From contig OY762926.1 of NCBI GenBank assembly GCA_963666735.1, forward strand, positions 288,001 through 352,000: a stretch of 64,000 bases of DNA, in the 5' to 3' direction. This document shows positions 38,518-47,435 of the stretch, piece by piece. The notes beneath the pieces were generated by a model, which was given only the letters and a program-made list of their open reading frames with translations, ran no database searches and was not told the DNA's origin. Both the position numbers and the translations under genes were made by a program. The stretch's first letter is position 1, and each line of letters begins with the position of its first letter. Source of the stretch: Gemmatimonadota bacterium. Its GTDB lineage: Bacteria; Gemmatimonadota; Gemmatimonadetes; Palauibacterales; Palauibacteraceae.

Positions 38518-41487
38518 CTAGAACGGGCTGAAGTCCCAGCGCATCCGCGCGAGCACCACGCGGCCGATCGCCGGCGCCCCTACCATGCTCTGGTAGGCCT
38601 TGTCGAAGACGTTGGACACGTCCACCTGGAACCAGAGGTCCTCGTACCCGGGGATACGGAAGCCGAAATTCGCGTCCAGCGTGGTGATAGCGTCGAGATC
38701 ACCCACCCACGGGCCGGAGTTGAACGGAAAGCCGTTCTGCGCCCGGAACCGGAGGCCCCCGTTGACTCCTGAATCGTCGTTCCGGTACGTGAGCGACGCG
38801 GTCCCGCGCACCGTCGGCGAATTCAGCGACACCTCGCTCAGGAGTTCGCCTGCGGACTCGAAGGTGTTTCGGTTGATGAAGGAGAGGGATGTGGCCATCT
38901 CCAGTTGATCGCTGAGGAGGAAGCCGGCCCCCAATTCGCCCCCTATCACGTCGAACCCCCCGGCATCCTGGTATCCGGCCACCATCGCCGCGGCGGTGCC
39001 GCCGGCGCTTGTCGGGGTCACGGCCCCCAGCGGAATCTTCGCCGCCTCGGTCGCGATAAGCTGCGCCGTCCCCAAAGCTGCCGCCTCGTTCGGGAACACC
39101 ACGCCGACCAGCTGTTGGAACACTCCCGACAGATATGTCCCCAATTGCGGGCCGTTGAGGAAGACGTGCGGCGAGATCAGCCGGAGAGGCGCGATGTAGC
39201 TGTCGTAGCGCGTGAACCACGCGTTGGCCCCGACGGAAACGTTGTCTCCGAATACTCCCTTGTACCCGAACTCGAACGTGTTGCTGACCGTCGGCCCCAG
39301 CGCCTCGATGTCCTGGAGATTCGCGAGGTCGACGGCCTCGCAGAACGGGGGCGCCACGCAGCCCGGCGGCGGCGCGCCACCGCCGGCGACCTCCGTATCG
39401 AGCAGTAGCGCCAGGATGCCCACCTGGTCCCCCGATGGGACGGGGATCAGAGGCGCCAGCGGAGCCAGCTGCGGATAGGCGACGCCGAGAAGATTCACCG
39501 CCGTGGCCCACAACTGCGCCGTGGTCGTTGGCAGGAACTCACGGGGGCTGCCTCCCAGCAGCACGTTGAACGGCGACATGTGCATGGGGGTCCCGTTCTC
39601 CCGCATGTACGTGTAACCGTTGCCGCCCGAGCCGGTGGCCCGCAGGTCGTAGAAGAACGGCGTGCCCGTGATGGGGACCGTGCCTCCCGAGATGTCCAGG
39701 AACTGGTTCGTGGACGTGGGCGTCGAGAACGCCCGGTTGAAGGTCAGCCGGAACGAGTTCGAAGCGTCCGGCTTGAAGACCAGCGCGGCGCGCGGCGAGA
39801 AGACCGGATCCGTCAGGCTGCTGTTGTAGTCGTACCGAAAGGCACCCGTGAGATCGAGTTTCGGGCTCACCGCCCACTCCCACTGGAGGTAGCCGCCGAT
39901 CTCCGTCGTCTGGTCGTCGTTCTCGAACTGTCCGTTGATGGTCCCCTTGCTGTCCGGGTTCGTCCCGAGGTAGTCGACCCCGTAGATGAGCCGGTGCGCG
40001 GAGCCGAGCCGAGACTGGTGCTGGAGCTGTCCCACGAACAGGGAGGAGTTGTCGAAGATCGGGCGGCCCGAGCGGAGGAGGAAGGCCTCGTCGTTCGTGT
40101 TGTAGTTATAGAACGCCTGCGCGAACAGATCCTTGTGCCGGAGACGCGCCTGCCCGTAGGTGACGCCCCAGTTGGTGACGTTGGATGCACCAAGCCCGGT
40201 GAGTTCCGTCGCCTGGGCGGCGACGTTGCGCCCCGCCGCCAGAACGAGCGATGTCCCCGGCGACGGCTCGAAGTCCATGCGCGCGTCCACTCCCCAGTTC
40301 CTGTGCCCGTCGTCGCGCCCCATCGCCACGTTCCGGGCGGACTGCGCCAGCACGCTCTGATCCGCCGGATTCGTCAGGTCGAGCCCCGAGGCGAACGGCT
40401 GGCACGCGGGGGAGGCCGGATCGAATCCGGCTCCGATGCAGGCTTGTCCCGCGGCCGCCGCCCGCGCCTCGACCAGGTCGTTGAAGACGTACTCGGTCGC
40501 ATCGAAGTACTGGCCCGAGATCTTGAAGCCGAACTTGTCGCTCGGAGCCACCGCGATGCGCCCGTCGAACTGGAACAGCCCCGCGTCTCCACCCTGGATG
40601 GGACCGCTGCCGAGCCCCGCATCGTCGCCCTGCTGACGGAGGCCGCCGCCCACCGAGAAGCTGGCTCCCGGCGAGCGAATCGGCGACTTCGTGATGTAGT
40701 GGACAACGCCGCCCGCCGCGTTCGGTCCGTAGAGGGCCGATCCCGGGCCCAGCACGGTCTCGACGTGATCCGTGTCGAGGTCCGACACCGGGTTCAGGTA
40801 GAAGATGTTCACGCGGAGCGACGGCACGCGCGCGATCCGGTTGTCCGTCATGAACAGCGTGCGGCTGGAGAAGATGTTGTTGAATCCGCGCAATACGGCG
40901 GTGCGGCCGCGGATTCCCGTCCGAGCCACATCCACCCCGGGCTGGTGCTCCACGTGCTCGATCGGAGACGTCACCTGGCGTTCCTCGAGATCGCGCGTCG
41001 AGACGACCTCGACCGCCGCCGGCGCCTCCAGCACCTTCTCGTGCGTGCGGGAGGCGGTGACGGTCAGCGGGTTGAGTTCGAACGACTGTTGCGTCATGGT
41101 CGCCGACACGAACGTCAGCGCGTCGGCCGGAACGGACCGCGCCTCCGCGATCACCCTCTCCCAGCCGGGGGAGGTGAAGCGGACCGAAAACGTCCCGGCC
41201 GGCACGCCGGTGATCTCGTACTCCCCCCCAGGCCCCGTTATTGCCCCCGCCACGACCGCGCCGCCCTCGCCCAGCACTTCGACCCGCACGGCGGCCAGCG
41301 TCGCACCCGTCGCCTCGTCCGTCACCAACCCGGCGATCCGGCCCTGGGCCCACGCGGCGCCCGGGAGTGCCCCGAACGCGATGATCGCCGCCGGAAGAAG
41401 GGTTCCCCACCTGATCTTGTGACCGAAACGAACTCCGAATCCCGTCATCGCGAACGCCTCCCGCGTCTCGGTTGAACCTGCCGGCAT
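38518..41487 (-). CDS. TonB-dependent receptor
   Basis: Carboxypeptidase-regulatory-like N-domain, plug LTVTASR...ETVLGPGSALYG and barrel ending NVFDKAY...RWDFSPF. Start may be later. Confidence 0.95.
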   Translation of the reverse strand: MPAGSTETREAFAMTGFGVRFGHKIRWGTLLPAAIIAFGALPGAAWAQGRIAGLVTDEATGATLAAVRVEVLGEGGAVVAGAITGPGGEYEITGVPAGTFSVRFTSPGWERVIAEARSVPADALTFVSATMTQQSFELNPLTVTASRTHEKVLEAPAAVEVVSTRDLEERQVTSPIEHVEHQPGVDVARTGIRGRTAVLRGFNNIFSSRTLFMTDNRIARVPSLRVNIFYLNPVSDLDTDHVETVLGPGSALYGPNAAGGVVHYITKSPIRSPGASFSVGGGLRQQGDDAGLGSGPIQGGDAGLFQFDGRIAVAPSDKFGFKISGQYFDATEYVFNDLVEARAAAAGQACIGAGFDPASPACQPFASGLDLTNPADQSVLAQSARNVAMGRDDGHRNWGVDARMDFEPSPGTSLVLAAGRNVAAQATELTGLGASNVTNWGVTYGQARLRHKDLFAQAFYNYNTNDEAFLLRSGRPIFDNSSLFVGQLQHQSRLGSAHRLIYGVDYLGTNPDSKGTINGQFENDDQTTEIGGYLQWEWAVSPKLDLTGAFRYDYNSSLTDPVFSPRAALVFKPDASNSFRLTFNRAFSTPTSTNQFLDISGGTVPITGTPFFYDLRATGSGGNGYTYMRENGTPMHMSPFNVLLGGSPREFLPTTTAQLWATAVNLLGVAYPQLAPLAPLIPVPSGDQVGILALLLDTEVAGGGAPPPGCVAPPFCEAVDLANLQDIEALGPTVSNTFEFGYKGVFGDNVSVGANAWFTRYDSYIAPLRLISPHVFLNGPQLGTYLSGVFQQLVGVVFPNEAAALGTAQLIATEAAKIPLGAVTPTSAGGTAAAMVAGYQDAGGFDVIGGELGAGFLLSDQLEMATSLSFINRNTFESAGELLSEVSLNSPTVRGTASLTYRNDDSGVNGGLRFRAQNGFPFNSGPWVGDLDAITTLDANFGFRIPGYEDLWFQVDVSNVFDKAYQSMVGAPAIGRVVLARMRWDFSPF

Positions 41488-41578
41488 CCCTCGGTTACAC
41501 GTTAAGCCGAACCCCGGTTTCTGTCAGCTTGGACTCGGGCGCGCACGGGCCGCCCACCGCCTCGGAGCACCCGGCTCC

Positions 41579-43621
41579 TCAGCGCACCCGGCCGAAGCGA
41601 ACGTCGCGCGTGCGACCGTTGGCGACATAGAAGCCGATGACCTGACCGTTGCGGTCCCGCTCGAAGGCGAACGACAGGCCGCCGCCCGAGAACTGATCCT
41701 CTTCTCCGGGTTCGAGTTCCGCCCGGTCGAGCCGGCGCTGGTGCAGGACGAGGGCTCCGTCCTCCACCGCGAAGGCGTAGAAGGTCTCCAGTTCCTCGCT
41801 GAAGAAGCGGCCGGCGAAGTCGGCCAGCTCCGCGGGCTCTGGCTCCCATGCCTCGGCCTCGTCGCCCTCGAGGCGCGTCGCGTGGTTGTCCCCGTTCTGG
41901 TGCAGCGTGAGTCCTTCGACGTCCCCCTCGGCATCCCGCAGGAAGGTGACGGAAGCCTCGACCGCGAGCAGGCGGAAGGTCGAGTCGGACGTGGGGACGA
42001 TCTCGAGCCGCTGCTGGCCCGTGGCCTGCGTGTAGAAAGTGTCGTCTTCCCGCGTGAAGGCGAGGATGAAGTTCGGCGCCGCGTCGAGCGCGTACCGGCC
42101 GGCGAACTCGTCGAAGGCCTCGGGGTCGAAATCTTCCGGATCGAACTCCTCGTCTCCTCCCGCGGCGGCGTCTTCCTCCGCCTCCATCGCGTCCTTGAAG
42201 AAGGCCGCGGCGAGTTCGTACGCGACGCCGCTGTTGAACTGCGCGTGGTTGCTCTGCGTGGTGAGACCGGCGTTGATCTCGGGGAAATAGACGAACATCG
42301 AGCGGTGCGCGACATCGGCCCCCCCGTGGCTCACCCGCTTGAGCCCACGCTGCTCGTCGACCGAGAGCCCGTACCCGTACCCCGTCTCCTCCCCGTCGTT
42401 GAGCACGAAGGAGGTCGTCATCTCATCGATGCTTTCGCGCGTGCCGACGCGCGGGTTCGCGTAGTTCTCGGCCCACGTCTGCAGGTCGCCGATGGTGCTG
42501 TAGATCGCGCCCGCCCCGACCGCGCCGCCGAGGTCGCCGATCTGCCGGTATCCATCCGGGCCCGGCGTGTAGCCCTCGGACATGTTCGGGACGATGTGTC
42601 GCGTGGAGGGCCGCACCATGGTCCCGTCCATCCCCAGCGGCCCGAACACGTTCTCCCGCATGAAGACGGGGAAATCCTGCCCGGAGGTCCGCTCGACGAT
42701 CACCGCCGCGAGGCCGTACGCCGTGTTGTTGTAGTTCCACTCGGCGCCGGGCTCGTTCTGGAGGGCCGGCTGCCGCTGAACGATGTCGATGAGTTCCGAG
42801 CGGTCGATCCAGTCGCCGTGGTCGAGGCGGCGGCCCGTCATCCGCAGCAGGTTCAGAAACTCGCGCAGTCCCGACGTGTGCGTGACCAGGTGCTTCACCC
42901 GAATGGTGTGCTCGAACTCCGGAAGTTCGGGGATGTGCTCACGGATGTCGTCGTCGAGCGAGAGGAGTCCGCGCTCCGCCTGCAGCATGATCGCGAAGGC
43001 GGTGAACTGCTTCGAGGTCGAACCGATGTTCGTCCGCGTGTCCTCCTCGAAGGGGAGGCCGTAGGCGAGGTTCGCCATCCCGTAGGTCTTCGAAAAGAGC
43101 GTGCGGCCGTCGCGCCACACGCGGACCGCGCCCCCCGGAGAATGCGATCCGTCGAAGCGGGACATGACCTGGTCCGCCAGTTCCTCCGGGTCCGTCGCGA
43201 CCGGTTCGCGCCGCAACAACGTGATCTCGTAGCGCCCGCCGGCTTCCGCATCGTCTCCGCCGACGAACAGCTCCAGGGTGTGGACGCCCGCGCCGGCCGT
43301 CCGCCCGCCGAAGCGTTGGACGCCGCGCCCCAGCCCGCCGAAGCGTCCGGCCTGCGTCCCCTCCGGGTCGAGGACGCGCGCGGTCACGTCGACGGAAATC
43401 TGGTTCACCTCGCCGAGGACGAAGTCGTTCTCGTCCGTCTCGATCGTGTAGCGCGCCGTATCGCCCGCGGCCAGCGTGCCCGCCAGCGTCCGGCCGACCT
43501 CGAGTTCCGTGCTCTGAGCCGCGATCCCTCCGGCCGAGAGAAGGGCGAGAAGTCCGGTGCGGAGCGCGGAACCAACGGAACCAAGCGGGGGACGAGGGCG
43601 GCGACGGAAACGCGTGTTCAT
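41579..43621 (-). CDS. Serine hydrolase (beta-lactamase family) with PPC-like N-domain and DUF3471-like C-domains
   Basis: IGSTSKQFT (SxxK), HLVTHTSGL, WNYNNTAY and SHGG motifs. Confidence 0.92.
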   Translation of the reverse strand: MNTRFRRRPRPPLGSVGSALRTGLLALLSAGGIAAQSTELEVGRTLAGTLAAGDTARYTIETDENDFVLGEVNQISVDVTARVLDPEGTQAGRFGGLGRGVQRFGGRTAGAGVHTLELFVGGDDAEAGGRYEITLLRREPVATDPEELADQVMSRFDGSHSPGGAVRVWRDGRTLFSKTYGMANLAYGLPFEEDTRTNIGSTSKQFTAFAIMLQAERGLLSLDDDIREHIPELPEFEHTIRVKHLVTHTSGLREFLNLLRMTGRRLDHGDWIDRSELIDIVQRQPALQNEPGAEWNYNNTAYGLAAVIVERTSGQDFPVFMRENVFGPLGMDGTMVRPSTRHIVPNMSEGYTPGPDGYRQIGDLGGAVGAGAIYSTIGDLQTWAENYANPRVGTRESIDEMTTSFVLNDGEETGYGYGLSVDEQRGLKRVSHGGADVAHRSMFVYFPEINAGLTTQSNHAQFNSGVAYELAAAFFKDAMEAEEDAAAGGDEEFDPEDFDPEAFDEFAGRYALDAAPNFILAFTREDDTFYTQATGQQRLEIVPTSDSTFRLLAVEASVTFLRDAEGDVEGLTLHQNGDNHATRLEGDEAEAWEPEPAELADFAGRFFSEELETFYAFAVEDGALVLHQRRLDRAELEPGEEDQFSGGGLSFAFERDRNGQVIGFYVANGRTRDVRFGRVR

Positions 43622-43703
43622 GTGGGTAACTCCGGGGACGGGTTCGATGGAGCGCGCGACAGACGGTAAGGAAGCCGGACTCGATCGGGCAACCGCTCGA
43701 CAA

Positions 43704-43774
43704 GGCCAATACCGGGCCAATACCGGGCCAGTATCGAGCCAATACCGGGTCGATACGGCCGGCTGCCAATACCG
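43704..43774. repeat. 11-bp tandem repeat array (GGCCAATACCG), 5 tandem + 1 offset copy
   Basis: GGCCAATACCG GGCCAATACCG GGCCAGTATCG AGCCAATACCG GGTCGATACGG, then GCCAATACCG at 43765. Confidence 0.85.
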
Positions 43775-43850
43775 GTTTCGACGTCCGCGGACGTACAATC
43801 AGACGGCGTTCGCGGCTCGACCCAGTTCCGCCCCAATTGCGAAGGATCCG

Positions 43851-44018
43851 ATGAAAGTGATGCTCATCGACGAGACCGCCGGTTCCGGCGGAGACATGCT
43901 GCCGTGGATGTTCCGCAAGCTCGAGGTGGAACAGTGGCCGGCCGAGGTGATCGCGGGCGTCGACCCGCAACTGGAGAAGGCGATCGAGGTCGTGCTGGAA
44001 CAACTCGGGGGGGGTTGA
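43851..44018 (+). pseudogene. Remnant of tricorn-like S41 peptidase C-terminus with internal deletion
   Basis: KVMLIDETAGSGGDMLPWMFRKL joined directly to EVEQWPAEVIAGVDPQLEKAIEVVLEQL. The usual intervening G-R-TWGG...ENxGVxPD segment and the whole N-terminus are absent. Confidence 0.75.
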
Positions 44019-44024
44019 TCGCGA

Positions 44025-45098
44025 TCAACCTTCGTCCGCGATCGTGAACAGCCTGAGGCTCCCCGGGTACATCTGCCAGGCCGTATCGTCCAGCACGCGG
44101 CTGCTCCACGCCTCCTCGTGGAGCGGATCGCGCCACAGCACCGTGGTCCGCCCCCCCTCTTCGTAGGGCAGGAACAGGCCGTCCACCGGATCGATCGCCG
44201 GAACGAGCCACACTCCCCGCTCTCCGGCCCGCATGTCCTTGAACCCGGGCGCCCTGACGCCGGGGCGCCCCTCGACGATCCGCGCCATCTCGGCCCGCGT
44301 GCTCTCGACCAGCCACCGGGGTACCGGGATGCGGGAGATGCGGACGATCCTGGGCGGCTCGTACTCCAGCTCGATTCGCCACAGGATCGTCTCCATCGCG
44401 TCGAGGAGGACGACCTCGCCCTTCCGCCCGCCCGACACCACCAGATTAAGGGTGCCTATTCGGCTCCTCCAGGACGCCTCGTACGCCAGTTCCGCGGGAA
44501 TCGGAACCTCGCTCGGGATGTTCAGGGGCCGGTCCCCGGCCGCGTACGCCGTGAGCAGGAAGCCCGGTTCAACGCTCGGTCCGACCGGACCGAGGACATG
44601 GTCGACACCGAATCCGGCCGCGGTCGAGATCACCGGAAGCCGCACGGTCCGCGGCTCGCCCTCTCCGGGAGGGAACCGCACCAGCGCTCCACGGCCGAGG
44701 TCGCCCACCCACAACGCGCCGTCCGGTGCGAACTCGACGCGCATCGGGGATTGAAGAACGTCGGGATCCCCCGGTCCCGAGGGCCCGCCCAGGGTCGCGA
44801 TGTGCTCCCCCTCGGAGCGGAACAATTGGACCCGCCCCGCCACGCGGTCCGCGATCGCGACCGTGTCCCCGAACAGATCGAACCCTCGAGCCGTCTCCAG
44901 GAAGAGGTCGTCCGAGAGGACGCCGCCGGGCGGCAGTTCCCGCACCAGCTCCCTCACCACGACGCTCCTGCTAGAACCGGCATCGGGTCGGCCGCCGGCG
45001 CCACCCTCGCCGCATGCCCACGTCGCCCACGCCGCCGCGACGAGGCCAAGCCGGTGACGGAGGAGAGATGCACCTGCTCCCCGGGTGTCGCTCAACAT
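44025..45098 (-). CDS. Beta-propeller lipoprotein, type A copy 1
   Basis: Lipobox-like TWAC. NHL-like blades GDTVAIADRVAGRVQLF...LGGPSGPGD...PMRVEFAPDGALWVGD. The start overlaps the stop of the upstream Cys-rich gene. Confidence 0.85.
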   Translation of the reverse strand: MLSDTRGAGASLLRHRLGLVAAAWATWACGEGGAGGRPDAGSSRSVVVRELVRELPPGGVLSDDLFLETARGFDLFGDTVAIADRVAGRVQLFRSEGEHIATLGGPSGPGDPDVLQSPMRVEFAPDGALWVGDLGRGALVRFPPGEGEPRTVRLPVISTAAGFGVDHVLGPVGPSVEPGFLLTAYAAGDRPLNIPSEVPIPAELAYEASWRSRIGTLNLVVSGGRKGEVVLLDAMETILWRIELEYEPPRIVRISRIPVPRWLVESTRAEMARIVEGRPGVRAPGFKDMRAGERGVWLVPAIDPVDGLFLPYEEGGRTTVLWRDPLHEEAWSSRVLDDTAWQMYPGSLRLFTIADEG

Positions 45099-45559
45099 TC
45101 GTTCAACGTAGTACAGGGATCGGGAGCGGGACCATAAATCGTAATCGCCGAACTGCAGCCGCCGACGGTCGTAAATTCCTCGATTCGACCATCGGCCATC
45201 TCATAAGCGCAGGCACAGACCTCGCAGCTCAAGATGCCAAGGGTGTACGGCACCGGGACATCCATACAGATCCCGCCCACGCGGACGCCACTATCGGGGT
45301 TATTGGGGCCGCCCGAGAGATATGGGGGACAGCCGCCCTGAGCGGCCGCCGCTCCGAGGTCGGCCTCCTCCGCGTGGGCATGTCCGAGCGGCGCGAAGGG
45401 AGCAAGCGCGGACGTGATGGAGAGGAGGAGGGCGGTCGCCACGACTCGGCGGAGCCGCTCCGCACGCGAAGTGCGTGGCGAGATCGCCGAGACTGCAAGA
45501 ACCCCTCTGAGCGCTGCCGAGTGGAACACGACGAAGGAAAACGGCGTGAAGCGGAGCAT
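45092..45559 (-). CDS. Small secreted 8-Cys protein, type A copy 1
   Basis: RBS GGAGG. Signal peptide ending HAHA. Mature EEADLGAAAAQGGCPPY...ICMD...SCEVCAC...GGCSS...DPCTTLNEC. Confidence 0.8.
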   Translation of the reverse strand: MLRFTPFSFVVFHSAALRGVLAVSAISPRTSRAERLRRVVATALLLSITSALAPFAPLGHAHAEEADLGAAAAQGGCPPYLSGGPNNPDSGVRVGGICMDVPVPYTLGILSCEVCACAYEMADGRIEEFTTVGGCSSAITIYGPAPDPCTTLNEC

Positions 45560-45615
45560 GCTTGCCTCCCGGGTCTGAAGTGTGCGTTGCCCGGGACTCG
45601 CTCCAAAATGGCTAC

Positions 45616-45728
45616 CACATCACTCGCCGTTTCGCAACCTGTCGAGTCGTGGTGTGGTGCCACCCCGACCTGGTATCGCCCGAGCGTCATGCCCTCCGGT
45701 CCGCCGGTGTCGGCGCTAACGCTAGCCG
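45616..45728. repeat. 113-bp non-coding element X, copy 1
   Basis: Matches 47273..47385 with about 5 mismatches. Its first 22 bp also occur at 49053..49074. Confidence 0.9.
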
Positions 45729-45888
45729 AACTGCCAGATCTGTCATCGGGAGGGATCCGTGCGGCCGATGTCCCTCCTCACCTATCGCGACACGCGCCGC
45801 TGGGCGTCGCGCATGATGGAGCTGGTCTCGAAGCGGCTCATGCCCCCGTACCACCTCGACACGGGCGTCGGAATCCAAGACATCAACG
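45729..45888 (+). pseudogene. Fragment of a cytochrome c/copper-monooxygenase-family gene
   Basis: NCQICHREGSVRPMSLLTYRDTRRWA...LMPPYHLDTGVGIQDI aligns with ACVRCHRDNGVAPMPL...AMPPWYVEKDIGIQHF of the gene starting at 62828. Confidence 0.75.
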
Positions 45889-46093
45889 ATCACACTCCAT
45901 CGTGGACGCGCGTTTCCCGATACGCAACGGGCCGTATGCGGGGGGGCGGGTGTGCTGCGGCTGAGGCGGCCTTCGGGCGTTGGAGGGACGGAACCGGTCG
46001 GCTTATCCCGTCGCCGGTGGATACCGGACATCAGCCTTGCGGGCGGACCCGGCCCTCATGGAGCTGCGGGGCGGGCGGTCCGGTCGATTGCGT

Positions 46094-47170
46094 TCAGCGT
46101 TCGTCCGTGACCGTGAACCGCATGAGACTTCCCGGGAACATTAGCCAAGCCGTGTCGTCGTCCAAGATGCGGCTGCTCCACGCCTCCTGGCGCTGCGGGT
46201 CGCGCCACAGCACAGTGGCCCGGCCATCCTCCTCGTAGGGCAGGAATACCCCGTCCACCGGATCAATCGCCGGGACGAGCCACACCCCCCGCTCTCCGGC
46301 CCGCATGTCCTTGAACCCCGGCGCGCTGACACCGGGGCGGCCCGTGACGCGCCGCTCCATATCGGCGCGCGTGCTCTCGACCAGCCAATCGGGTACTGCG
46401 ATGCGGGAGATGCGAACGATCCTGGGCGGATCGTACTCCAGCTCGATTCGCCACAAGATCGTCCGCATCCCGTCGAGGAGGATCACCTCGCCCTCCCGTT
46501 CGACCGACATCACGACATGCAGGGGGCTTATTCGGACTACCGGTCCAAACGCCAACTCCTCGGGAAGCGGAACTTCGTTCGGGATGTTCAGGGGCCCGTC
46601 CGGCAACCCGTACGCCGCAAGCAGAAACCCCGGCTGTGCGCTGAGCCCGATGGCGCCGAGGACATGGTCGACCCCGAATCCAACGGCCGTCGCCATCGCC
46701 GCTCCCGGAAGCCGCGCCGTCTGCGGCTCGCCGCCTTCAGAAGGAAACCGCACGAGCGCTGCCCGCCCGGGATCGCCTACCCATAACGCGCCGTCCGGTG
46801 CAAACTCGACGCGCATCGGGGACTCAAGGATCTCGGGATCCCCCGGCCCCGGAGGGCCGCCCAGGGTCGCGATATGCTCCCCCGACGAGCGGAACAACTG
46901 GACCCGCCCCGCCAAGCGGTCCGCGATCGCGACCGTGTCCCCGAACAGATCGAACCCGTCAGCCGTCTCCAGGAAGAGGTCGTCCGAAAGGACGCCGCCG
47001 GGCGGCAGTTCCCGCACCAGCTCCCTCACCGCGACCTGCCTGCTCGAATCAACATCAAGCGGGCTGTCGGCGGCGCCGTCGCCGCACGCCCAGGTCGTCA
47101 ACGCCGCCATCCCGACGAGGCTAAGCTGTCGGCGGAGGACAGGCGCGCCTGTTCCCCGGATGTCACTCAA
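46094..47170 (-). CDS. Beta-propeller lipoprotein, divergent type B
   Basis: Intact 358 aa paralog of 44025..45098 with a conserved N-half and C-end and a divergent middle. TTG start overlaps the TGA of the upstream remnant. Confidence 0.85.
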   Translation of the reverse strand: MSDIRGTGAPVLRRQLSLVGMAALTTWACGDGAADSPLDVDSSRQVAVRELVRELPPGGVLSDDLFLETADGFDLFGDTVAIADRLAGRVQLFRSSGEHIATLGGPPGPGDPEILESPMRVEFAPDGALWVGDPGRAALVRFPSEGGEPQTARLPGAAMATAVGFGVDHVLGAIGLSAQPGFLLAAYGLPDGPLNIPNEVPLPEELAFGPVVRISPLHVVMSVEREGEVILLDGMRTILWRIELEYDPPRIVRISRIAVPDWLVESTRADMERRVTGRPGVSAPGFKDMRAGERGVWLVPAIDPVDGVFLPYEEDGRATVLWRDPQRQEAWSSRILDDDTAWLMFPGSLMRFTVTDER

Positions 47171-47268
47171 CAGGCGTTCTTCCCAGTGCAGGGACCGGGA
47201 GCGGGACCCTGAATCCTAATCGTCGAACTGCAACCGCTGCTCGTCGAAAAATACTCCGTTGTGCCGGA
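47167..47268 (-). pseudogene. Orphan C-terminal remnant of a type B Cys-rich protein
   Basis: Manual translation SGTTEYFSTSSGCSSTIRIQGPAPGPCTGKNAC* aligns with type A DGRIEEFTTVGGCSSAITIYGPAPDPCTTLNEC*. Preceded by an in-frame TAA, no start codon. Confidence 0.85.
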
Positions 47269-47272
47269 TTAA

Positions 47273-47385
47273 CACATCACTCGCCGTTTCGCAATCTGTC
47301 GAGTCGTGGCGTAGTGCCACCCCGACTTGGTATCGCCCGAGCGTCATGTCCTCCGGTCCGCCGGTGTCGGCGCTAACGCTAGCCG
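47273..47385. repeat. 113-bp non-coding element X, copy 2
   Basis: Matches 45616..45728. Confidence 0.9.
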
Positions 47386-47435
47386 GAAGTCGGCGGCTGG
47401 GGCCCTCCCGCGCCGCCATCGGGGTTTGATCGCGA

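Larger units (their letters stand above)
44015..45637. repeat. Direct repeat copy 1 (about 1.62 kb: upstream region + Cys-rich gene + propeller gene)
   Basis: Near-identical to 47426..49074 at offset 3411, with scattered SNPs and a 26-bp VNTR difference. Confidence 0.95.

Noticed and set aside
43704..43774. CRISPR array
   Set aside because: The units are 11 bp and contiguous with no unique spacers, and there are no cas genes. The 16490 and 49001 repeats fail for the same reason.
45092..45559. Classical RiPP/double-glycine bacteriocin precursor
   Set aside because: It has a Sec-type signal, and no C39 peptidase transporter or modifying enzyme is nearby. The GG|C motif alone is insufficient.
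47216..47419. 67-aa ORF and the similar ORF 45229..45690 crossing element X
   Set aside because: The frames differ beyond X and there is no RBS or domain, so X is better explained as non-coding.
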